DNA of 64,000 nucleotides from Haplodiscus bocki (Eukaryota): NCBI GenBank assembly GCA_965655095.1, contig OZ296656.1, positions 27,838,001 to 27,902,000 of the forward strand, read 5' to 3'. Shown piece by piece: positions 26,821 to 36,562 of this stretch (position 1 is its first letter; each line of letters starts with the position of its first letter). The notes under the pieces were generated by a model. It saw only the letters and a program-made list of their open reading frames with translations, ran no database searches and was not told where the DNA came from. The position numbers and the translations under genes were made by a program.

Positions 26821-27312
26821 ATGTCACAGAATTGTAATAGTTGCTTAAAAAATAATAAATATCTATACACAAGTTATATAATTGAAAATATAGATATCGA
26901 TGAAGTTGACGAAATGTTTGATAAATATATTAATATTCATAATAAAAAATTTGTATTTTACTATATTGATTGTCAATTTCAGATAAAATTAAAAAAAAAT
27001 ATTTTTGCTAAAATAGAAATCAATCAACATTTCAACACTGATTATATCAATATCAAGAATTATTTATTATTTTATATAGATAGTTGTATATATGGAAATT
27101 TTGTCTTTGATAATATTATTGATATGGAAATTATTATGATTAGTTGTAGGTGTAATATGACATATAAATATTATATGAATACTCCTATGTCTATGCTCGA
27201 GAGACGTATAAATATGGTTATTACTAAAAATCCACAATTAATAAAATCTCTCAATATTAATGAAAATCATCCTATTACAATACAATGTGATTATTTACTA
27301 TTAAATAAATGA
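26821..27312 (+). CDS. Polinton hypothetical protein
   Basis: 163-aa ORF packed between its neighbours. Confidence 0.65.
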   Translation: MSQNCNSCLKNNKYLYTSYIIENIDIDEVDEMFDKYINIHNKKFVFYYIDCQFQIKLKKNIFAKIEINQHFNTDYINIKNYLLFYIDSCIYGNFVFDNIIDMEIIMISCRCNMTYKYYMNTPMSMLERRINMVITKNPQLIKSLNINENHPITIQCDYLLLNK

Positions 27313-27521
27313 ATATATCAAACATTACAGATACTATTGATGATTACAATAATATCACAGATTATGATAATATGACGACATCTAATTGTACAAATAGTGA
27401 AAATGATATTGATATAATTATACCAACTCTATTATTTACAATACCTTGTGGTCTATCATTTTTATGTTTATTGAGTTTGATGGTATATACATTAATCAAA
27501 CCTTTATTCAATAAGAAATAA
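27309..27521 (+). CDS. Small single-pass membrane glycoprotein-like protein
   Basis: 70 aa, with five N-x-S/T sequons in the first 28 aa, one hydrophobic segment and a basic C-terminus. TAAATG start. Confidence 0.6.
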   Translation: MNISNITDTIDDYNNITDYDNMTTSNCTNSENDIDIIIPTLLFTIPCGLSFLCLLSLMVYTLIKPLFNKK

Positions 27522-27551
27522 AATATTCGTATACTTATTTGTCAAATATAA

Positions 27552-28277
27552 ATGGAGAAGTTTCTTTATCCAAGTCATCCCGTTAGATGTATAATTACCG
27601 GACCGAGTTCATCAGGCAAAAGCTATTTCTTAATAAATTTAATTTTAAATATCATAAACGAATATGATAAAATATACATCTATTCACCAAGTCTTCATCA
27701 AGATTTATATCAAAAATTAATTAAATAATTTAGTAAATATATACCTTTTCATATAATACCAAATATTTTAAATGAAGAAGATATAGATATAGTAATTGGA
27801 GAGATAGTTAATAATAAAGAGTTTCAAAAATCTAATACGGAAATAGAGACATATGAATCGATAGAAGAATTAAAATTTCCACAAGAATATATCGATGGAG
27901 GTATTATTATATTAGACGATCTCAATGAAAAAGAGATGAACGATTCCAGAGTACAAGCAATGTATAAAAGATCTAGACATAACAATTTATCTATATTCAT
28001 TATAAGTCAAGATTATTATGAATTACCAAAGAGAACGATAAGAGCTAATGGTAATATCTATCATATATTCAAACCAAACAATTTCTTAGACGTACGTAAT
28101 ATTTATCAAGATAAAGCTTCGATGGATGTTACCATCAACGAGTTTAAATACTTAACTAGTATTTGTTGGGATAAAAAATATCAACCTCTTACAATTGAAA
28201 TGACTAAAGATAAATACACTGGGAAATATCGTTTGAATTTAAATAATATATTCGTTCCTGATAGCAGTCCGTTTTAA
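27552..28277 (+). pseudogene. A32/FtsK-like DNA packaging ATPase, premature TAA at 27726
   Basis: Walker A GPSSSGKS, Walker B IIILDD and the SRHNNLSIFIISQ motif, all in one frame from ATG 27552. Confidence 0.93.
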
Positions 28278-28286
28278 ATTAAATAA

Positions 28287-29154
28287 ATGAGTATTTGTTC
28301 TAATGTAACTGAACAAGATTTAGATAATCTTCGTAAATTAGCAGATCAACAGAAAAGTCAGCGAGCTGAAATAATTAAAAATAGAATTTTAAAACAAACA
28401 CATGATATTAAATTAGCAGAATCTTAATCGCCTATTACAGAGAGATTAGATAAAGCAAAAGAATCTACTGAAGAATTAGGAGATGTTATTAAACTATCAC
28501 AACCTGACACTCCTCAGCTAGCTATTGAAATTAATCCAATTCAACAACCAATTGAAAATAATGACGGGAACATATATGATGTAGAATTAGAAAATACTTT
28601 AAACAAAATGACAGATAACACTGGTTTTTTTTAAAACACTTTATGATCAACAACGTGGATGGATGCTAAACAACATACCCATTAAATCACCAGGCGGAAC
28701 TAAGATACAAGTTGATGAAGATGAATATGATTTAACTAAAGGTATTCGAAATGTATTAACTAAAAAAACAAATAAATCTATAAAATCACTGAACGATAAC
28801 GAGAAAGTAGTTTTAAGAGATTTCTTAAGTAAAACAGGATATTACAGTAGAAAACCAACAAAAGGAAAACCATCAGGGCTTGATAATTATATTAGATACG
28901 AACTTGATGATGAAGTAAGAAAGATTTTAGATTTAGATATTAAACTTAAGGTTAAAGGAGTTGAGAAAATTATCATACCCAATAACATAATTGATATCTA
29001 CACCAGACTTGAAGTCTTACTCGGACTAAAATTATCAGGCCATACTGATACTCTCACAGAAGCTAGTAATTTAATAGATGAATTATACAAACGAGGTGAA
29101 ATACAAAATAAACAACAATACCGAAATGCTATTAACAAATTTTCATCACCTTAA
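28287..29154 (+). pseudogene. Polinton conserved-type hypothetical (possible core) protein with a stop and a frameshift
   Basis: TAAATG start, in-frame stop at ~28425, frameshift at the T run ~28625-28632. C-terminus RLEVLLGLKLSGH..IDELYKRGEI recalls a recurrent Polinton protein tail. Confidence 0.55.
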
Positions 29155-29940
29155 ATGGAATTACCAAGCATGCTTCTAACACAAATTGCTTATAACACAC
29201 GCAGTAGAATGGAAGAGCATATGTTAATTGTTATGGATAAAAGTACTCACGAAGAGCATTTTTCTCAACCATTACAAACAAATAATGAACAATTTAAAAT
29301 AGCAGTCACGTTTTTAACTGGTTACAATGGTATATTTAATGTGACAAGTGAAAATAATAGGTTTTATTTCATCAAATCAATCACCGATAAAGAAGGTTAT
29401 ATACAAATTACAATACCACCAGGTGCTTACGAAATAGAATCATTGAACAATGAAATTAAAAGGATTATTATAGATGAAGAACATTATACTGAAGCAAATT
29501 ATCCATTTTCAATCAAAGCTAATTTTTCAACACTGGGTTGTATCATTGAAATATCAACTCAAGGACCAATAATAACATTTATACCTGATGATAGTATAAG
29601 AAATCTTTTAGGATTTAATAAGACGACAATATTTGAAGAATATAATTTATCACCCAATCCTGTTGATATTTTATCATTTGATAACATTTTCATTGAAACC
29701 GACATCGCTAAAGGATTGATTTTTAAAGGTAAACGAACTGGGATAATTCATAACTTTACCATGGACGTCGATCCCGGTTACAAATATGTAGAAAAATTTC
29801 GAGGTGGAGTGCAATGGTATATGATGGAATCAAAAGATATTATCTCGAGTATATGTTTTAAATTAAAAAATGAAAATGGAAATTTAGTATCATTTAATGG
29901 CCAATCAATTACCTTCAGATTATCAATGAAAGAAATTTAA
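29155..29940 (+). CDS. Minor capsid protein (penton, single jelly roll)
   Basis: IPPGAYEIESLN, LLGF, FIETDI..G....IIHNF..DVDPGYK and KLKNENGNLVSFNGQSITFRL motifs typical of Polinton minor capsid proteins. Lies upstream of the MCP. Confidence 0.82.
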   Translation: MELPSMLLTQIAYNTRSRMEEHMLIVMDKSTHEEHFSQPLQTNNEQFKIAVTFLTGYNGIFNVTSENNRFYFIKSITDKEGYIQITIPPGAYEIESLNNEIKRIIIDEEHYTEANYPFSIKANFSTLGCIIEISTQGPIITFIPDDSIRNLLGFNKTTIFEEYNLSPNPVDILSFDNIFIETDIAKGLIFKGKRTGIIHNFTMDVDPGYKYVEKFRGGVQWYMMESKDIISSICFKLKNENGNLVSFNGQSITFRLSMKEI

Positions 29941-30036
29941 AATATGGATACATACAAATATATGAGTACTTATACGTTTATGAAAAATTATGTGATATGA
30001 ATATACTTACAATTATAAGTATTTAATACATAATAA

Positions 30037-30192
30037 ATGCCAAGAACCCTGATAAAATCAAGATTACATTCGAATAAACACAAGCCTAAAATTAAACAAG
30101 AAATAAATAATACCAAATCAATTTTACCACCAAATCTACAATCACTTAAACAAAAATTATTATCAGGCAAAGGCTTTGTTGAATATAAATAG
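30037..30192 (+). CDS. Small basic core-like protein (51 aa)
   Basis: MPRTLIKSRLHSNKHKPKIK..LLSGKGFVEYK; TAAATG start; LSGK|G fits the adenain cleavage consensus. Confidence 0.55.
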   Translation: MPRTLIKSRLHSNKHKPKIKQEINNTKSILPPNLQSLKQKLLSGKGFVEYK

Positions 30193-30207
30193 TTTTATAT
30201 ATAATAA

Positions 30208-31500
30208 ATGAGCTTAGAAGATTTTCAATTATTAGATAATGAACCACTTGATAATAGTATCATTAAAAGAGATTTTACTAAAATATACCATCGACAAGGA
30301 GATCAATTAAATCAATCGGATCAAAACATTGAATTTATTTTCGGTGAAAACAATAATCATCATCAAATCGGTAATGCTTTTTTAGAATTCAATATAACAG
30401 TACGGAAAAATGATGATACAAATTTTCATTACGATGATCCTGTTCGATTAGTAAATAATGGGTTTGCCTATTGTTTTAAAGAAGCACGTTTAGGTACTAC
30501 TATTGGTAATGATATCGAAATTAATAAATTTTGTGGACAAGTATCTACCATTATGAGAGTGATATCAAATAAAGACGGTGATTTATTATCTCAATTTGAT
30601 AATATTAATGAAAATGATATCCCAATTCTCGAGCAATTAGCTGATCTACCAGTACAAATTAGAGATACCCCTCATCAAAAAATGTTGATAAAGAACCATA
30701 CTGACGCAAATAAAGGTAAAATTAAAGGATATCAAATTTTAGAGGACATTTTCGGTTTTTGTAAAACTTTCACAAAGGTAACTAAAAATTTGGGATTCCA
30801 TATAACGTTTAAGTCAAATGATCTACAGAATATCATATATTCATCTATGACAGATGATATTAATGTGACTATTAATAATTTGTATCCCTATGTACCGAAT
30901 TTAATTCCCAATGTTGAAACTCAAGTAATGTTCAATGAAGCTACTCAAAATAACTATAAGATATCTTTTGATGAATGGTATACTGAGAGAAGAATAATTT
31001 CGGATACGATTACTCAAATGGATATTGGCACTTCTCAACATGTCAATAGTCCTAAATATCTAATTGGCGCTCACCAAACACGTGTTAGAGCAGACACTGC
31101 TAACAAAAATAATAATATTGCTATATTTGATAATCTTAATCTTCAAAAATATTATGTTGAAATCGATTCGGTAAGATACCCACGAGATAATGTTCTTGTA
31201 AATTATGAACAAAATGATTATATTGAACAATATAAAGATTTAAAATTATTTTTCAAAGAATACATTGGGGAAGAACTGATGAATCCATTTATATCTTACC
31301 CTGATATGAAAACGAAATACCCCATTGAAATAATAGACTCAAGACATCAAACGGACCACATTTCACCCAAGAAAATTCAACTATTTCAAGAATACAGCGC
31401 AGATCCTGACAATGCTAAATTTTATTTAATATTAATTAGACGAAGAGAAATTGAATTAATAAGTGATGGAAATAAACTCATTGAAATTAAAATTATATAA
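30208..31500 (+). CDS. Major capsid protein (double jelly roll, hexon-like)
   Basis: Intact 430-aa ORF. The DNSI..IEF..AFLEF..LVNNGFAYCF..IE....GQVSTI and PKYLI..YVEIDSVRYP motifs match Polinton MCPs. Sits between the penton and protease genes. Confidence 0.85.
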   Translation: MSLEDFQLLDNEPLDNSIIKRDFTKIYHRQGDQLNQSDQNIEFIFGENNNHHQIGNAFLEFNITVRKNDDTNFHYDDPVRLVNNGFAYCFKEARLGTTIGNDIEINKFCGQVSTIMRVISNKDGDLLSQFDNINENDIPILEQLADLPVQIRDTPHQKMLIKNHTDANKGKIKGYQILEDIFGFCKTFTKVTKNLGFHITFKSNDLQNIIYSSMTDDINVTINNLYPYVPNLIPNVETQVMFNEATQNNYKISFDEWYTERRIISDTITQMDIGTSQHVNSPKYLIGAHQTRVRADTANKNNNIAIFDNLNLQKYYVEIDSVRYPRDNVLVNYEQNDYIEQYKDLKLFFKEYIGEELMNPFISYPDMKTKYPIEIIDSRHQTDHISPKKIQLFQEYSADPDNAKFYLILIRRREIELISDGNKLIEIKII

Positions 31501-31549
31501 ACTCGTATAATTGTAAGTATACTCAAGTATGTTTTCATATCTTATAAAT

Positions 31550-31949
31550 ATGAAAGTTTTAAATTTTAAAGATTTTATGAAAAAATATAATTTGTAAAAT
31601 GATACAATGAACGAGTCACAACTACAGAAAATTTACAATCATTCTGTTAATCCAAGAGATAGTAAAATCTATTCAGATAAAGGATTTGTTAATATAGACG
31701 ATGGATCTCAAAACGGCACTCATTGGACGTGTTTTATAGTAAAAGATAATAAATCATATTATTTCGACTCATTTGGTGGTCAGCCAGATAAATTTTTATT
31801 AAATCAATTACCTAAACCAATAATTTATCATAAATATAAAATACAAGATATAAATTCTAAATTATGTGGATGCTATTGTTTATATTTTTTTCTATTTAAT
31901 TAAATGAATGAGTTATTATGATACTATTTTAAAAATGTATTTTGGTTAA
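31550..31949 (+). pseudogene. Adenain-like cysteine (maturation) protease, disrupted
   Basis: Catalytic motifs GTHW, YFDSFG and IQ....LCGCYC. Stop at 31595 and a frameshift near the C-terminus. Confidence 0.9.
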
Positions 31950-31955
31950 TTAAAT

Positions 31956-33284
31956 ATGCCGATAAATGTATTTGGAAACTCTTCAAATAATTCTGAACAA
32001 AAAATTGATACTTCATTATTTGTACAAAAACCCTACTTAGGAACTAACTATATAGAAGCTAATATAGAAAAAGACATTGACTTAAAAAACCAATATAGAA
32101 TTAAAAATTTACCTGACCCCATAAGCATTAGAGGGCCAGCTCCAAAACATTACGTTGATAATTTATTTAACGATCCAAGTATAATTAAAAACAACGCTCA
32201 TATAGATTTGAATGATAGAAATATTACTAATGCTAGATTCATCCAAGTTAATCAATGGCCGCAGATCGATTCGCATCTAACACCTAGGTTGTATGTTGAT
32301 AATGCCGTAGAGGAATCATCATTAGTTAGAAATAATCAAGATAATGATTTTAATAATAACAACTTAACGAATAGAAATAGTATTACTTTGAATAAACAAG
32401 CAGAAAATGATAATGAAGTAATAACAAAAGCTTATGTAGATCAATTCCATCAAGAAAATGAACGATCACGACGAGATTTAGGTATTGATTTTTATAAAGA
32501 ATCAAATGATTTGGTCAGGAATAATCAAGACAATGATCTCAATGATAAAAAATAACAAATTTTAGATTCTATCACAGTTAATAGAAATCCTAGTTTAGAT
32601 AATGAATTAGCAAACAAAAAATATATCGATGACTCAATAGCGGAAGGTACATTGCTTAGATTTAATCAAACTTTAACAAATTATTTCAAAGTATCTGTTG
32701 GAAATGATACGTATAATTTAACTAAATATGATAAAATTCAATTGACTGATACAACAGTTGTGAAAGCTGGAAATTCTGGTGGTTATTTACTTCAGAATTG
32801 GAATATAAGATGTAATGATAAAAATAACAATGGAAAAATATCAAATTTTTTAAAATCAACAAAAACGAATTCTCCAACCGGATCATCGGGAGCAACGGCT
32901 TTACCACCTGTAGGTAATTCATTCATGTATATAGAAACAAGCTCAAATAATAATGGAAATAATGTTTTTGTTTGCTTGGCAAGAACTGATATCATTCAAA
33001 TTACCAATATAACATTCTATTATAATAGATTTTCAACATCTGATAATAATTTACGAGCTATGGGTCGGTTTAGAATTCAACTATTTTTAAAAGATAACTT
33101 CTGGTCAACAGAGTATAATATACCTAAAAATGATCGATATAGTGATTCATCAACTGATTGGACTTTTGTAAATTTAAATTTTACTGTAGAAAATTATGGT
33201 ATTAAATTAATTTTTGATGAGATAGACACAGCTCATGCTGATATGTGTTTTAGTAATATTACGATCACACATTCTGTATATTGA
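31956..33284 (+). pseudogene. Fibre/spike-like protein with shaft repeats and a MAM-like C-terminal domain; frameshift at ~32550
   Basis: Repeats of the type I(T/K)N....(K/R)xY(V/I)D occur four times. The C-terminal part contains FMYIETSS, ITFYY, MGRFRIQL, DW..VNL and DMCFSNITIT. Confidence 0.65.
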
Positions 33285-33568
33285 ATAATAACTCATATCC
33301 GAATATGAAAAATTTTATATTTTAAAAGAATAATCTAAATTATTTTAAAGATTTATTTGAATCAATACCTGATTATAAAAAGATTGTATTATTAATGTTC
33401 TTAATTAAAAATGATGTGACTTTTTTATACGAATGTGGATTTTTAAAAGGTGATATTAACTTTTTATATAAAGAATTTAAAAATATTTTACTTGAACTGA
33501 ATGAAGAATACTTAGATCATATTCAAAACGAAGAAGAAGCAATAATTGAAAAGATTTTAAATAAATAA

Positions 33569-33787
33569 ATGGAAGCCTATTTTGCTACAAAGTTTGAAGA
33601 TCTTCGCCATGAGAGATCGTTGATATTATTACTATCACTAACAGATCCAGATATATTAAAACAATCCAAATTCACAGATGATGAAATAAATATAATAAAA
33701 AATCTTGCTCTTGAAAAATTACACAGACAACGAATACTAAAAGAGCATATTGCGATGGATTTGTTGGAAAAACAATTTTCTGATTAG
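33569..33787 (+). CDS. Polinton hypothetical protein
   Basis: 72-aa ORF with TAAATG start. Confidence 0.5.
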   Translation: MEAYFATKFEDLRHERSLILLLSLTDPDILKQSKFTDDEINIIKNLALEKLHRQRILKEHIAMDLLEKQFSD

Positions 33788-33790
33788 TAA

Positions 33791-34407
33791 ATGAGCGGAT
33801 ATCCGAATTTAAATTCTGATGATGTTGAATTATTAAAAATAAAAACGATGGATGATCAACTAAAAGAACTTCAAAACAAAACAGAAAAACATAATCACGA
33901 AAATATATTAAAATCATTGAAAGTAGATAATGAATATTATAAAAAGAAATTTAAAAATATAAATAAAAAGAAAGTATTATTAATTATCACTGAAATATTA
34001 ATAGGTGGTGGATCGGCAATAGGAACTTCAACGATGTCATTGTTAAATCCAAGCATAGGTATTATTGCATCATCTAGTACAGCTTTTTTAACATCTCTTG
34101 CTATATTAATCACGAGTGAATATATTAGTAAATTAAAATTACGTTATACAAAACTAAGAGATTGGATTAATTTTATTACAATTCTGTATGAGAAAACATT
34201 AATCAATCTATGATCGATAAAAAAATTGATGAAAAAGAAGCTCAAGAATTAAAAAAGATATATAATCATTATATTGATAAAGGAAAAGAAAATATGAACT
34301 CGACTAAATTCAAAGTTGAAGATATTTTTGGTGATATAAAAAGTAAAGATTCTATTTCACCAGAACAAATAACTAAATTGAATAATTTTTTAGCCAAAAT
34401 AATGTGA
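33791..34407 (+). pseudogene. Polinton coiled-coil plus hydrophobic-hairpin membrane protein, frameshifted at ~34205
   Basis: Two overlapping ORFs; hydrophobic stretch VLLIITEILIGGGSAIG..IGIIASSSTAFLTSLAILIT. Confidence 0.55.
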
Positions 34408-34509
34408 ATATAATTATAAAAATCAATTTTAACTTATTTAAACCTAGAAAGAAAAGAAATATTGATATCGAGCCAAGTGCTCCTCCCGAATATAATTTTT
34501 AATAAATAA

Positions 34510-34668
34510 ATGACAAGGACTTATTGCTTGGGAAGTCCTAATTATAGTGATACTATTAATATAACTCAATATGAGAAAGTCAATCCTAAGACTAAAAAAC
34601 TAGCTAAAATTATCAAAGGTACTTTTAGTATTTGCAATCGTAATAAATCACAAATTTTTACTAAGTAA
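34510..34668 (+). CDS. Small basic protein (52 aa), degenerate Cys-ribbon type
   Basis: MTRTYCLG..IIKGTFSICNRNKSQIFTK; TAAATG start; its stop abuts the next ATG. Confidence 0.5.
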   Translation: MTRTYCLGSPNYSDTINITQYEKVNPKTKKLAKIIKGTFSICNRNKSQIFTK

Positions 34669-35097
34669 ATGACTAAAGGACTAGATTTTATTGAAAGTGG
34701 AAAATGTTCACACGGGCATAGATCGGCTATGAGTAATTCAGCTTGGTGTGATTTAAATAAAAATTGTACTGTGCTTAAATTACATGATATGTGCCATAAC
34801 CCCAAATGTAAATGTCAGAAACAGTTTACTTTTAGTCCTAATCAATTTCAATTGGAAGGTTCAGGTTTTAAAAATAAATTAAAATCAATTTTCAGAGGAA
34901 CACAGACTGCTTGGAATAAATTCCTCAAACCTGCTATTAATGCAACGGCTCCATTTATCGGTATAGCTGTAACCGCTAAGACTAAAAATCCAAAAGTCGG
35001 ACAAGCTACTACTAATATTCTGAAGAGTATATCCGGTGGTAAAATTTTGTCACTGACAGATATGCACGGTAGAGGGTTAAGATTAAAAGTAATGTAA
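34669..35097 (+). CDS. Basic Cys-containing virion core/membrane-lytic-like protein
   Basis: 142 aa with three adenain-consensus sites (LEGS|G, ISGG|K, MHGR|G) and an amphipathic basic helix after the first site. Confidence 0.6.
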   Translation: MTKGLDFIESGKCSHGHRSAMSNSAWCDLNKNCTVLKLHDMCHNPKCKCQKQFTFSPNQFQLEGSGFKNKLKSIFRGTQTAWNKFLKPAINATAPFIGIAVTAKTKNPKVGQATTNILKSISGGKILSLTDMHGRGLRLKVM

Positions 35098-35125
35098 TTC
35101 ATTTCAAATAAAGTTATTATAATAA

Positions 35126-35713
35126 ATGGATGAATTGAGAAAATGCTCTAAGTGCAAAACGTTATCTTAGAAATGTAATTTTAATAAAGATGTCTCAACC
35201 AGAGATGGTTTAAATCCTCTTTGTAAAGTCTGTAGATTAAGATACTATAATGAAAAACGTGAACAAAAACTTCAATATCAGAAACTATATACTAAGCAAA
35301 ATCGAGCAAGAATAAATAATTATGAAAAAAATAAGAGAAAAACAGATTTCAACTACAAACTAGCTCATAACATTAGAGTTAGAACTAATAGAGCTTTCAA
35401 ATCTCTGAATAATAAAATGAATTCATTAATAGGATGTTCTAATTCTCATTTAGGAAAATGGATTATTTATCAACTATATGGCTTGATGACATTAGAGAAT
35501 TATGGTATTATTTGGTGTTTAGATCATTGCATACCTTTGAAAAAAACTAATGAAAATGATATATATAAATATACAAATTGGATTAATCTGAGACCTATGT
35601 ATATAAAACATAATATTTCAAAGGGTTCTAAAGTTGACAATCGATTATACTTAATGCAAGAGATAAAGGCGAAATATTTCGTGAAATTAAATGTTCAAGA
35701 GGGACTTAAATAA
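35126..35713 (+). pseudogene. HNH-type endonuclease (giant-virus/phage style), premature TAG at 35168
   Basis: N-terminal CSKC and CKVC pairs. The segment LIGCS..MTLENYG.IWCLDHCIP..NWINLRPM...NISKG carries the HNH core. Confidence 0.75.
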
Positions 35714-36562
35714 AATCTTCATTGATGAAATTTATAGTAAAGCTCCGAAGAAAAATTATCCAAGTAATAAAATAATATACAAATACATAGATGAAATATG
35801 GTCAATCGATTTAGCAGATTTTTTGGATTATAAAACTTCCAATAATAAAGGATTCAGGTATGTATTCATCGTAATTGAGAACTTTTCAAAATATTTGTGG
35901 GCTATTCCTTTAATAAATAAATATAGTCAAACAATCACAAACGAATTTTCAAATATTTTAACAACATCAAAGCGAAACCTCTCAAATTAGAATCTAATAG
36001 AGGAATGGAATTTTATAATTCTTTTTTCGAGAACTTCTTGAAAAGTAAAAATATTCAACATTATTCACGATACACAGATAAAGGTCCTTCGTTAGCAGAA
36101 CGAGTTATTAGAACTTTACGCAATTTATTGAAAAAACCAGTATTTGAGAAAGGAAAAGCTGATTGGCTATCCGAATTACCATCTGTCGTTAAGAAATATA
36201 ATAATACCATTCACAATAGTATTAAAATGACTCCAGTTCAGGCTAGTAAAAAAGTAAATGAAAGAAAAGTCTATTACAATCTCAAAGACAAGAGAAGTAA
36301 ACTTAACCCAAAATTCAAATTAGGTCAATTAGTCAGAACAGCTGATATAAAACGAGTCTTCAGTAAATGTGATTCAACAAACTATAGTTATAAATTATAT
36401 ACAATAACTGAAATTATTCATGACACTATACCCTCATATAGAATTGACTATTTACCCGAGAGATATAATGAAAATCTATTACTACCAACTAAATTAACCC
36501 TTGATGAAAACAATCAAATTATGAAGAAACTAAACTTAATTCAATATTTTAAAACTATATAA
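35691..36562 (+). pseudogene. RVE (DDE) integrase, frameshifted at ~35980
   Basis: WSIDLAD, FSKYLWAIPL, SNRGMEF (second Asp appears as Asn), AERVIRTL, YNNTIHNSIKMTP, PKFKLGQLVR. Confidence 0.93.

Noticed and set aside
29155-31500. Capsid genes intact while enzymes are broken, suggesting host domestication
   Set aside because: At roughly one lesion per kb, two intact ORFs of 0.8 and 1.3 kb are unremarkable. dN/dS evidence would be needed.
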